Shown piece by piece: positions 13,515 to 27,000 of a DNA stretch of 64,000 bases. Both the position numbers and the translations under genes were made by a program. Location: contig NW_003526945.1 in NCBI RefSeq assembly GCF_000181795.1, positions 2,343,930-2,407,929 on the forward strand. Reading direction: 5' to 3'. The DNA is from Trichinella spiralis. Taxonomy: Eukaryota. The first letter of the stretch is position 1. Every line of letters starts with the position of its first letter. Below the pieces are notes generated by a model that was given only the letters and a program-made list of their open reading frames with translations, was not told the DNA's origin and did not search any database.

Positions 13515-16500
13515 CATGTTTGTTTTTTTTTGTGTAACGTATAATTTCTTTTTTTCTCCACACAAAATTAAGCTAACATCGTACTAGAAGCTTATCAATT
13601 CCGCAGAGATGGAAAGCTAAAGTTAGATGAAAAAAAATGCTTACTTCAACGAAAGTCCTGTCAAAGAGGAACAACTGCTTCGTTGGTTCATTCTTCTTTG
13701 ATAAAAATCGTACTTTTTCACGCTTTCCGCTGGCACATATTTCACGCTAAAACAAAGGAAGCAGCATTTGAAAGATGAAAGCAATTTGCAACTGCCATCT
13801 GTGACATTGGAAATTATGTTGGAAAAAAATTCATCATTTGCTGCTATATGAAATCCTCACCGAAAAAGTAATAAAACAAAATAGCAATAATAATAATAAT
13901 AAAGTTTGAGAATAGAAAGAAAGCTCTGTACTACTAAAACGGTTGTTTCTTTTTCATAATTTCACTTTCGAATTTGCCTTAAACAAATTTATTCATTGTC
14001 AACTAAATTATACAAACTCAATTATTTATTTATCGCAATAAAAAATAAAAATAAAAACAATATCTAATCCAAAATAATTTATAAATACAATTAAATAATG
14101 GAAAATTCGAACAAAAATGCTAGCATATATATTGTACAGAATGTTGTAAGCCAAATGTAATAAGTTATTTCTTGAAATCACATCTTAAATGATAAAAGAT
14201 TCTTTTTAATTTAGAAATTATTATATTAAATAATTTAAAGTCAGTGTTCATCAACAATACGATTATCATTATTATAATAAAATACGATTTCACCGAATGC
14301 TTACCTCTAGTTAATAATTAAATTTGTTAATAAATTGCTTGCAAAACGTATCAATAACAGATTAAATTGTGCAAGCTAAATTTGAATTGTCTTCTTGATG
14401 CTTCATTTGAATGCATCCACTTGCTCACCTGCCCTGCTCCTGCTAGTCAGATTAAGAACACTTTTCTTCAACTCAACAAGTTTAAAATTTCGCACATTCT
14501 ACATATCAAATTACATGAACACCATTTTCCTGGTCAACAGAAACAATGAAAAAACTTTTTTCAGAATGAACACTGATGAATGATGGAAATGAAAATGAAA
14601 GAGAAAGTTCACCAACGTACAAGTTTCCAGTATAATAAGATAAAAAATAATTTCTGTAAGCATGATTTACATTTGCGTAAAAGTAAGAGGGGAAAAAGAG
14701 TTAATCACCTGATGTCAGATGTAAGCAAATTCACCCGGCGCATGATTGCTTTCACTTGAGCTCTGGAAGCGTGCTTCAAATCTTGACCGTTGACGCTTAA
14801 AAGCATGTCGCCAACTTTCAAATGACCATCAAAATCCACAGCACTGTATTTGTCGATCGATTTGACAACACAGCCGCCGGATCCGTACTGCGCAGCTTCT
14901 ACTTTCACACCTATGAATAGGAAAATCAAAACATTTAGCATTGTTAATTTGTAATTAATTGCTAACCGAAACTGGACAACTTCTTTTTGATTCTTATAGT
15001 TTTGGTCAACGATTCAGGAATTGAACATTGCAATTTCACTGACGATGCTGAACTTGAAGATGCGTTCGTTTCCACAGAACAAACAGTCGACGAGATACTC
15101 TTGAAAAGATAAAAGATAATAATTTGACATTTTCAGCATAACTAAAATATCTATCAGACTGGACATTATAAAATTGAAGAAAGAAAATTAAACTGTTTGA
15201 AAACCAAAATGAGTGCTTCATTTACGTAAGTATAAATTATTCATACGTATATATATGATGCAATTTGTAATGACAACAGTGATCGTTTAAAATGTTATAT
15301 TGATTTCAATACTATTTAATGATGAGGAAAATTAACAAATTATTCAACTCAATGATATTTAATTTATGATGTTTTTTTTCAATTTCAAAAAATTACTCTT
15401 CTACTATATGCAAACATAATAATAATAATAACAGTAATAATAATGATAATGATTTCAAACAATTACACTCGGCTTAATTCATACATTATAAACTTGTCCA
15501 AAGATGTAATGATTAATCAGTCTCATTCGAGTAGAGTTATAACACTAGAACAACATTAAACGTATCACATATATTAAAGAATATCGTTTAGCTTTTATTT
15601 GCTCATTTTCTTCAATTATTGACAGATACGTCGAGTTTATTTTATCACACAAGTTGTCAATTGAATAAAATCCATTTGATTTTATAAATCTTCCTTTCCC
15701 TAACCAATAAATTTTAACCTGCAGTTTTAAATATTTTTCTGATAACACTATTTACATGCTGGATTTAAGATTACATTAAAAACAAAAATAAGAAGATATT
15801 TGCATAAAGATTTCCAATTCTACATTTGAAAAAAATCAATTTTTTACCTTTATTGTACCATAAGCGGAAGCAGTAGGTGGAAAAAATGCCTCGTCATATT
15901 CTTCTTTTTCGATACAAGGGCTGCTGCTGATGTAATCTGTTAACGGTTCGGAGAGATCTTCAACCTGTCGTAAACATCGAACATTGAAAGGCAGGCAATG
16001 AATGAATGGATGATAATTTTAAATAAAGTTTTTCGAAATCAAAATGAGCAGTCACTTCTCCGGTAAGAGTTAACGGTCGAGCAATTTCCAACGTAACAGG
16101 ACCCACTGGAGTAGCCTTCAGAATTTTGATCGCTTTCTTCAAGCTTAGGTTGGTCATTGGTATGTCGTTCACTGATAGCAACCGGTCACCAGGCAAAATT
16201 TGGCCACTCTTTTGCGCTACTCCCTTCGGAATAAGCGAATGCACCACAATTGCTGTACTTTCGCGGTCTATAAAAGCCTAAAAATAGCCTTTTCGCAAAA
16301 TTGTCGCTATTTTTGTATTTATAGGCAAAAGTTCACCTTGTGCTCAAATATTGTAAATCCAAGACCTTCGCTGCCTTTGACTAGCATTATCCGTTCCGAA
16401 TAAGGTGACCAAATGATCGCTTTGTCCAGTTTCTCTGACCAGCTATCTGACATATCTTCTTGATCTTCAAATCTGCCCAGCAATTCCATACCAGCTTGCT

Positions 16501-19500
16501 TAAATGAGTAACTTTAACAGTACCTTGAAATGCAAGTTCAAAATCCACTTACCGTAACTTGCGGCTTTGTAAATTCTGAACGTCGGCGAGCGCAAACTAT
16601 GCTGACATGCTTTCCCAAATTGCGTAGAACATTCAGTACATCACAGTAACTTTTCCCATACAAAACATCATCGTTCACTTCGAGCAGTTCATCTCCAGGT
16701 TTGAGCAGTTCTGCCAATGAGCACAAATCGTTGTCTTCGCTGATTGATTTGATAAAGTGATGTGGACATTGTTCTGAATTTCCTACGATATCCACGGTTC
16801 CTTCTAGCGAAATGCCTAAAGTTTCGTCGCATTGACTTCGCTCAAATTCAACAACCTAAACGTATATTCGCAGATATTAAAAGTTGTGTAATATTTACGA
16901 AAATATTTAGCATTTGATAAACTACAGCACATGGCGCTGCATATTGTGAATAATGGGAAAAGCACTGATTAGTTGAAAAGAACACCTTTGAACAAGAAAA
17001 TAAAAACAAAGCGAGTTCTTCTGTTCTGGTGTTTATATTTTATTTTGCTTTTCCTATCCTCAACATTATTTGAGCATTTGCTTTGTTGCATAGAATGCAA
17101 CAGATACATTTTAAATGCTAAAAAATTAAAATTATCTTTATTATTCATTGTTATTTATTAATCTTATTCTACACAATCATCTGAAATGAATTATTACTGG
17201 ACTGTGGTTGATGTAAAACAAACCTTTGAGGTATAATTATTTCTAACTGCAAATCTGAAAAATTAACAATTCTGTTGAAAATTTGTAATAAAAATGATAT
17301 ATACATACAAATCTAACCTTCAATGATAAATAAATAAATATTTAAGAAAAAGATCCAACAAGCCCATACCAAAATGTTGTATTCTGGTCCACAAATAGGC
17401 TGCCATTTCTTCCTTGTCTCTTCAATTTTGTCACAATTTCCAACAGAAGACGATCGATGTAACGATAACTTGGAATCGTCTTCGCTCTCCCACGAGGTAG
17501 TGGCAGCAGAAGAAGGTGGTTGATAAAAATTTCTCGATTCACCAGTTGCTAAAATCAAGTACACGTTCACAATCATCATAAATTTAATGTATAATTAATG
17601 ATAACAATAAATAGTGCTCAGCAATTTACAAAGCATTGGCAGTAGTTGTTCGTGTGATGGTGAAATGTGGCTGCTTTGCTGCAAACTTAGCTGACTACTG
17701 TTGGCAGTTTGTTGTTCCAAAATCTTTGGCAATTGTTCATATTTCAGCTCTTCCAAATCAATATCTCTGATCTGCAAAAACCACGCCCACTAGGTCAGAA
17801 GAGCTACTTCACAAGTGCTGGGCAATATGAGGGTGCCTTGCAATAACGGCAACAAAACAAAACACTATCTGTTAATACTTGAAAGTAAGAAAAATAAAGA
17901 AAACAGACATTAACCAATTATTATTATTATTATTATTGATAAAAAGTACTTCCAATCGTCCATTAAACTTATGCACCTTATGCATCGAATTTCAACTCAG
18001 TAATTATTAGTACTGCAAGTTAAATGGAATTTAAGCATGAAAACATGAATAAAAGAAACATGCAACAAAACAGATAGATACGTATGAATTCGAAGAAAGC
18101 ATTCTTAGAGTGAAATGCCTACATTTTACTTGTATTCCTTTGTTTTGAAAAATAAATTTTTTATTGTCAATATTCACAGCTATGTAACGTCAATGCTTTC
18201 AAAAATTAATAAAGCACAACAATAACAAGAACAATAAATACAGACACATTTAGACAAAGCAAGTAGAGAATCATTCGACTATTCAGTATGGAATATGGAT
18301 AATGCATTTGTCGGTTTTCGTTGTTTAGCACAAATTTTAAGCAGAAAACAAGCCTGAGGCGTATAAGAAAACAAAGCACTTGTCAAAGTAAAAATGCGCT
18401 GCCTGTTATAATATATCTTTAAAATTTACCTCAAACCAAAACCATATAAATCAAAAGGAGGATATATAACAATTAAAATAAAATATGAAAAAGCACAGTT
18501 GTTTTCGGTTTTAGCTTCTAGCGCATTTTCATGAAATTTTGTTTGTCATATAAACTTTTGGCTTAGCTTAGTCTAAATGAAAATGCAACAATTTGAAAAC
18601 AACTGCAAAATAGCAAGTGAATTGTAACTTTTTGCTGAAGAATATGTTATTGCATAAATAATAAAAATAAACTAATCAAGCAGAAAAAATTTCAATTTTT
18701 TTTGTTAAAATAAATAATATATAAATAAATAATTTTAGAAAATAGCGTATTTGTTTGTTGGAATGTTTAAATGAGCTAGTTATTTTTTCCTCTCTTTCTA
18801 CTTTCAGAGTTAATAAAAATCTGAAACATTTTTTTGTTGCTAATTATTTTGAAAACTAATGCATCTCAAAAAGCTGCAGATAACAAACTAAGATTTGGTC
18901 AAAATCGATCAGAAGTGGGAAACAGATAAACGATTTCATGATAGCTGTCATAATAGAAAACCAACAGCACACTAGCTGCTAGATGCTTGGAAATATAAAT
19001 ATAAAATTATACTGAAAAAAAAAACAGAAAAGCATCGCATTGCACTCCATTCCAAAGAAGCCAACAACAACTACTACAACAATCAACAAACAATAAATAA
19101 CTTTTAGTTTTTTTTATTAAACAAGAAGAATCGAGTGAACAGTGTATCTGATGTCCCAAAATTTAAAATCTAAGTAGTAGAATCCGTATAATCAGTGTTA
19201 ATTGTGTTTGCTTCAACACATCGAGGCAATATAAAGATTAGAGTAGAAAATACGAAGTACAGTTTTATTTACACCATAATTCAATTTTACAAAATCAATT
19301 TGAATTAATTTCTGACGATGTCTGACCTCAACAATTTTCGAATTAGCTGGAAATAATCGTAAACAGCTCTACAAAAATCAATACAACTTTGAGCTTTAAT
19401 TTTCTGATGCTTTAATATATCACTTCAGTTTAAGGGTATCTTGCATAATTTATGTAAAAATAAAATAATTTAATTCGCTATACTGCACAATATTATGATA

Positions 19501-21061
19501 CAAAAGAAAAAGACAATTTTAATAAGAAATCGCAGAAAATTTATTCAAAGCTTGCTTGTAGATACTTGCTAAATCGTGTAAATTTATTCTGACGACTAAA
19601 AGTTTTTTTTCAAAAAAAACGAGATTTGGAACAAAATAAAAAAGATTATAGTAGAAGTGATGTCGGTGCACAGAGACATTCCCGTGTAAGACTTGGAGAA
19701 ATGAAAGCCGAATAAAATTTTATTTATTGCAAAAACGAAAGTTCAAAATAGATCAACTCTCAGCATGCTTTTAACTTACTGATTGTTCGTTAGAAATTGC
19801 CACTGAGCAAAACGTAATTGTTTTTTATGCATCAGCAAGTTTTAACCTTCAAACGGGGTCTTTAAATTTGTACATTGTCTTCATTAAATTTATGCCCCAA
19901 TTTGAAGTGAATACATAAGATAAATTGACTTACTTGAACAGTTTTTTTGTCAACTTTTCTTCTATTTACCAAACAAGCTTGGCTGGATAAATTTTCAAGT
20001 TCATCATTTCGACTGCCTAAAAGAACATCAGCATTCAGTTTTAAAATGCTAAATCAGTCAGCAGTCAAGCAATCGCAGCTGCAAAGCAGAGATATGGGCG
20101 AAAAAAAAATCATGCCACGCCTTTGAAGCATTTAATCGATTGCAATTGAAACGAAGCTTTCCCAAGTCGAATTGGAAAATCGAAAAGAAATATTCCGCAA
20201 AATTCAATGGTCCCCCCCCCCTACCAGCAAATCGATTAAGCAAATAAGCAGTCTTCAATCCTGGGTAATTTGTGCTAATTGAGAAAAGAATCAGATCAGA
20301 TTGGCTGCCACGGTGCATTAATTTCAAAAATTGTTAGAAAAAGGAATCTTCTAACCTGTATGTTGTGGAGCAGATGCTGTTACGTCTTGTTGTTTGCTTG
20401 GTTCTACAATTGCTGATTGATACCGCTCTGTTGAAGCCTACTTTGGTAAACAAAGACAAATGTTTGTGTAAGAAGGCCAACGGTAACAATGCTTACGGAA
20501 GATTTATGACCAAAGTCTGCATTTAAATTAGTGATGTGATTTTTCAACAACGCAGGGTTGGTCACCACATCGGTTGGTAAGCGTATTGTTGTACGTGAAT
20601 GTTCTAGAAGTTTTAAACTTTTTAATAATGATCAATGCAACTGCATTTTAACTTTACTCTACTTTTAGCAGAAGTTGATGATTTCAGTGCGCGTCCAACG
20701 ATCATTTGAATTTTTCCATCAGCATTATGTCTCAACAAGTTTGCCACCTACAAAATAGATAGAAATACAAAGTCCACAATTCCAGTACTCACCTGATCAC
20801 AAGTCATGCCATGAACGAAAACATCATTAACAGCCAACAAGTGGTCACCTTGCTTAATTTGTCCATCCTTTGAATAATAATTCCATATTATACATTTCAG
20901 TAAAATGATAAATAACACTGAATAACCTTATAAGCAAAACTTCCTGGTAATATTGCTTTGACAATAACACCAGAACTGCGTCCACCGGCTAAAACTACTC
21001 CAAGATTGGGCAGACAATTGGTGAATGTAGCAATCTGTACTTCTGTATAGGTGCCATACAA
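2904..21061 (-). CDS. mpz-1: Multi-PDZ scaffold protein, MPZ-1/MPDZ/PATJ family; many exons; 5' end unresolved (possibly extends to ~29.6 kb)
   Basis: Nine PDZ domains assembled across exons: ~21061-20660 (NLGVVLAGGRSSGVIVKAILPGS/DGQIKQGDHLLAVND), ~16855-16550 (LKPGDELLEVN), ~16400-16060 (ILPGDRLLSVN), ~15000-14708 (LKVGDMLLSVN), ~11760-11372 (LGISIVGG..IKIGDRILSVN), ~9130-8690 (LGLALVGNKDR), ~4880-4550 (GLGLSLVGGSD..LAAGDQILE), ~4500-3720 (GLGLSIVGRK), ~3210-2904 (WGMGVG../LGDRILAVN..LLRVARQRI*). Stop TAA at 2904-2906. Confidence 0.9.
5762..5802. repeat. (CTA)n microsatellite in an mpz-1 intron
   Basis: Perfect trinucleotide run. Confidence 0.95.
13459..13510. repeat. Compound (AC)n(AT)n microsatellite
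   Basis: Direct reading. Confidence 0.95.
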
Positions 21062-24000
21062 CTAAAGCATCAACAAACATTTGTTAACATTTGCAAACAT
21101 ATTATGTAATATTATTTATTTCAATAGTAGTACCGCTGTTACTGCTACTGCTACGGCCACTACTACTAATACTAATGATGATGATGATAATAATAAATAG
21201 AGAAAAGTTAATTTAAACCTGGGGACAACTTGTTAAGCTAGAGCATTTTCAGGTCGATGGTTCAATGATAGTCAATTTATGACTTTCAACGAACAGTTTG
21301 ATTGGCTGTGTTCAATTTACGCGAAATCCACTTCCCTCCTTTCGGTTGCTGTTTTACTAATGCATGTAATGCTAACTTGACGCCTCCATAAACGAGTTAG
21401 AGAAAATTATGCACCATTCATTAGTGAAATGTATGCGAGGAAAATCAATCACGATGCAAATGAATACCAGGCCTTATGGTATGGCCAACTTCACATACTA
21501 GGCCGTATGGCACGCATAAGCGTATGCATATCATACATGCATGCATACAACTAAGGATAGCTTATTTTTCTTATCTTCACTTGAAACATTACTTGATGTG
21601 CGTAAAAAGAATCACTGTAATCTTAGATGTCATTGACTTGCTTCAAAAAATAATATTTTTATTTAAAATACACAAGCTTCCTGATAACTATAATATACAG
21701 CATCCATTTTCAACTAACATCAGTATTAATGTACAAGGATGGAAATTTTGAAATGATAGAAATGAAAAAGAAAATATTTATTCTTACTGGAATTTGAAAA
21801 TTGATCAAATAACGAGCATAAAAATAAATAAAATAGTAATATAAAGGCAGTGTTCAAAAAATGAAATGCAAGCAAATTTGCTTACGGCTAATAAACTGCT
21901 AATATTCGAAAATATTTGTGTATTAAATTGAAATTATTAAAATAATGCAACAGTTGAATGTTTGTGATAAAATAGAGCTTTCCAATAGAAAATGTAATAA
22001 ATTTTTTTACAAAAATATGCATCACTAATAATAATGATAATAAATAATAAATAAAAGCAATTTCACAGAGTGCGAAATGCTAATCAAATTAAAAATCAAC
22101 TTCCATATATAAACAAGAAATTTCAAGTGCTTTATTAACTTAAAACTTTGACATCTCAGCAACAGTACAATTAATCGTAACATGATTATACGGATGTTTT
22201 GGTCTTTGGCTTTTTAACAACAGCAACAGATTAAATTTATTTAATAAAATAAAATTCCTATACAAAAAAGTTCCCTTACTACAAATATCATCAAATTAAT
22301 TACTTAATAAGTTAATTAATGAAAATACATTTACACATCTTTTCAGATGGAAAATTATTGTTCTAGAATAAGCGATTGCAATTTACTTTTACATCTTTAA
22401 ACTATAAATTACAGCGTTAAACATTCCAGTTCTAAACAGTAAAGTTTGGTTTCATTGGCTACAGTTTGCAGAGCATTATTTCCTTATACACAAAATTATT
22501 CAAATATTGCATTTAAAAATTGTTCCTCTTGTTTTCATGTTTTGGTTGGAGAATAATATTTTCAAAATTGTAAAATAATATTATAAAAAATAAATAAAAA
22601 CTTTTTTTTATGAAACCAAGTTTCAAAATTATTTATAATATAAAATATTATTGATACAAAAGTGCAATCGTTTGATTATTAAAAATAATTTTTAATAATT
22701 TTGTTCAGATAAAGAATTTTCTTGCATCAATTCAATAAAAAGTAATAAAAGTGGTTAGTTCAAATTTTATTTTTAAAGTATTGTAATGAAAATTTCATTT
22801 TCGAATGTGCATTTTAGAAATTTTTATGTATGAAATTCATTCAGAAGGATTCAATGAAGGAAAAGTGATGAAATTCAGTATCGAATAAAAAAGCATCTTT
22901 GCATAGAAAACTTGACTTTAATTCTACAATTATTATACAGCTAACCGAAACATTACTGTTTTTCACATTTTGTATTATTAAAAAAAAGAGGTACTATTTT
23001 ATTCACTTTCATTTATTTCACAAATTTATTCTGTTTTATAAATGCAAGAAGTAAAATATTACTTACGACCATGCTACAGTACTGAAACGTCATGCGATCA
23101 ACAACGTGCTGCAGGTAAAAAATCCACAAGTAAACACTTCCATCAAAATCTGCAATTAAGTAGTAAACAGATGATTCAATATGTGAATGATGAAAAAATT
23201 TCACTTCAAACGCTATAGCAATATTAATATAGAACTTTGTGAAAAGTTGATTCTGGTGTGATTATTCCGCGATTCAATATTACAAAGAAACAATTATTTT
23301 ATTCATATCAATTTAAACTTCAGAAGTAACTTGGAAAAAGATGTAATAAAAAGATAAGTTGGGCACTTTTGATTTATCACCGTATTTTTCAGTTCTATAT
23401 ACAATTGTAAATATTTAAACGGTGATTTTAAACATCAACGTTTGTATTATTTTTGAAAACAAGAAACACTGCATGCATATTTTATGTAAATACTTCAACT
23501 GTAATTACTGTTCAATATTTAAAAAGTATATTTACTTTGAACAATCAATAATAATTGCAACTGATAATTTGGTAGCCGTGTTGTATTTCAATAAAAGACA
23601 TTCTTATAAGAAACAATAATCAAATAGAAATTACTTTAAACAACTTTGATCTGGTCGTTGTCACTGAATAGCGCAGCTTGCGTTACTCAATGTTTAACAA
23701 GATAAATCCTGTCCAGTGCTGAATTATGCAAATTTTCAAGCAAAATCAGTAATCGACTGGTCTATTTGCATAATCCAACCACTTAGTTGAGCTTGTGAAA
23801 TAGACTATTTAATTTTTGAAAAGAATACAAAAAACAAATGAATTTTTTTAAAAAAATGAATAATAATAATAATATCAAACCTTGGGCAGTAAATATTAAC
23901 GTGCGCACGGTTATATGTTGAGATTTTTGATTCACTTTCAAAAAGTGCTCCAGCGTTGAGTTGAACTATTTCATATTTGAATTTGGAAATGAAAATCAGC

Positions 24001-27000
24001 AATTGAAGACAATTTTCCAGCTCAACGGCTAAATAAGAAATGCTAACGCTCGACGTTTGAGAATAAAAGCCTTTTCAGCATGCGGCGTCGAGAATTCAGC
24101 AGGGATTAGAAATTTTTACCCATGCATTCACAGCTCTTTGAACTCTTTGTTAAAGCGTCAACTGCTGCAGTGCATAATCGACGGGAAATTCACTTCTTTC
24201 CAATATCAATAAAGCATAAGTATGGAATATGGACCAAGATTGACGTTTTCAACAATTAAAAATGTATACTTCGCTGGACATATTGTGTTAACAACAACAA
24301 ACTGGAGATGAGAAATTTTCAAATTACTTATAATTAATTAATCCATATCACAATTATATTCTACATCTTTTAAATACAGCAATTTCTCATACTTCCATGC
24401 ATGATCAAAACGTCACGCAAAATGTTTTTAATTAAATTAAACAATGATTACAATGTTGTGGAAGGAAAAATTTGTAAAATTAAGCAATCCTTATTTTCAC
24501 AAAGCAAATTACAGTATGCATACTTCCTCTAATGAACAAAATAATATGAATGATTTCGCATGTGAAATTGAATTTACACTTAAATCAATGATAAACATTT
24601 TTAAATACATTTTTTAAATATATTATACTGAATTTCTGGAGATTAAGTTTCACAATTTATTAAGACCAAACACTTTGTGATGAAGAAGCTTGCAGCGCAT
24701 GTACAGTTGGATAAAATGTTTTTGCTGCAAAAAAAAGAAATAAAACAGTATAAATAATTTACACAAATTGATTGAATACATAATTATTATTTAATAATAA
24801 TAATAATAAGTGTTCAACTTCAATGAAATTTTGATTAATTAAAATGAGCTGAACAGAACAACAAAAATTGTCATGGATCAGTGGAATGTGTTTTGCAAAA
24901 CATGCACCGGGAAATTGTTAAGTTGGGAAAAGTCTGAACAGCTTATAGATGTAGAACGACTTTGCAGTTCAGCGGTGGGCAATTAAAGCCATCAGCTTAA
25001 GAACTCAACTGCTCATTATTACTTTCTTCTTCCGTCTAGCTATGGTCTTCATTCAATTGCTCGAGTTATTTTTTATGATGATAATTTTAGAATGTTGATT
25101 TACATTCAAATTTTATCTCATTCCTGCTATTGAACTTCTTGCTTTATTTTTTGTAACTTAGTCATAACCTGATGATGAAGTCATAACTGAGTGATGATGC
25201 TGAACGTGATTTCACGTGTCAGGCTTCCAAGTTTAAAATAATTTTTACAATACATTGCTCAATAGTTCAGAAAAAAATTTTTTAAAAGTAAATAGCACTT
25301 TTAAAAAAAGAGAATCACAGTTTAATGCATTCCATTTTCACATGAAAATTGTTTTTGCTTAAATGCCGCCAAAATGAATCAGACCAGAGACAGAGAGAGT
25401 TTGCTTATTTATAAAATAACAATTAGCACTCGATGGATTTTCTTTTGATTAATTACAATCGATAATGCCCTATGAAAGCTTATAATAGCTTGATTGAAAG
25501 AATAAAAAAAAGCCTAATACACAAATGCTTTCTCATTTGGTTTCACATTATCAGGTGAAAAGCATGCATTACGTCAAAATTTACGCAGTGAACAAAAAGA
25601 AAAAAGGCTACACTGGAAAAGCTTTTGAAAATTGAAAAATATTCTTCATTTCACAATTACAATTCACATAATTTGCTAACTGGTGCGATGATAATTTTTC
25701 TTATTTTATAATTTTTAATTTATATTTCTCTACAGAAGATGAGCACATTCAGTGATGACATTGCAGACAATCTGCTTGAACCGTCAGAACAAGTAGCACA
25801 AACGAATAAAAGCTTGCAAACTTTGAAAAACGGAAAATTAACAGTAATTCATATGCATATGATTGCAATTTAATGAAATTTCTCGCAACAAAAATTTTAC
25901 TTGAGCATGAAAATTGAATCAGTCAATAAAATATTTGCAAAAAAGTAGAATACAATTTTTTTCTTGATTCTTCATTCCAAATTAAACATGATATGATGAT
26001 TAAATATTATTTGATATTATTGTCAAAAGGTCAAAACTTTCAACGAATTTTGAAATCAAATTGAAATACCGTTTGATGCAGTTGAAAACAAAAATCATTA
26101 TTACATCTTGAATTATGCATAATAATTTTGCTTTATCAATATATTGACAATATTGATTAAAACTAAAATTGAAAAAACAAAGAAGTGAAATGTGTAATAA
26201 ATTTTTGGAAAAATCCTACAGTTTACAACAAATTTATGTTCATCCAAAGAAGCCAAACGTTCAAAGTACAGGTTCGAATAAATTTGCAAAACAAAATGTG
26301 AAACTATCAACAGTGGTGATTGGTTTATCACTTTTGGTGTGTAAAATATTCAGCTTAATCAAACAAACCATCATTGCTGCTCATTTGCATAGATTATTAA
26401 ATTCAATAATAAAATACTTTCTTTTCATTTCGCAATGGATATGTCCATCAGCCACGATTAGTTTGCCTGGTTTGACATTAGTCAACCTTGTCGTACAAAT
26501 AACCGCTAATTGTGGTGAGGGTTAAGGTGCTGATTGAATAATTTTGAAACGACACAAATGAAATTTTCGATCATGTTCAACTGACGAACATTTATGCTAG
26601 CTTTGATTACTGTATTTGCTAAATTTCTAAATTTGTAACTAATACTTGCATCCGCAATCAAATATGGGAATATGGGAATTCAAAATGGAAACTTTTTTTT
26701 CTTATGAAAAACGATTCATTTAAGTAACATCTCTGAGATGCACATTTATCAGTTAAAATTAAATCATTGATCTGAGTAAGCAGAAAGTAGATGATTCATA
26801 AATATAAATTGTTATTAAGAGAATGGAAAAAGTTATCGTTCGTGCAACGGTATTGCATTAATAAAAATAGATAGATAGTTTTAAATCAAAAGAAATACCA
26901 GCTTCAAAAATGTCCTTTGCAAATAATTTTATACGATTACAAAAATAAACATTTATTCTATGATAGGCATATTTGAACCAACTGGTATATTTCAAAGTGA

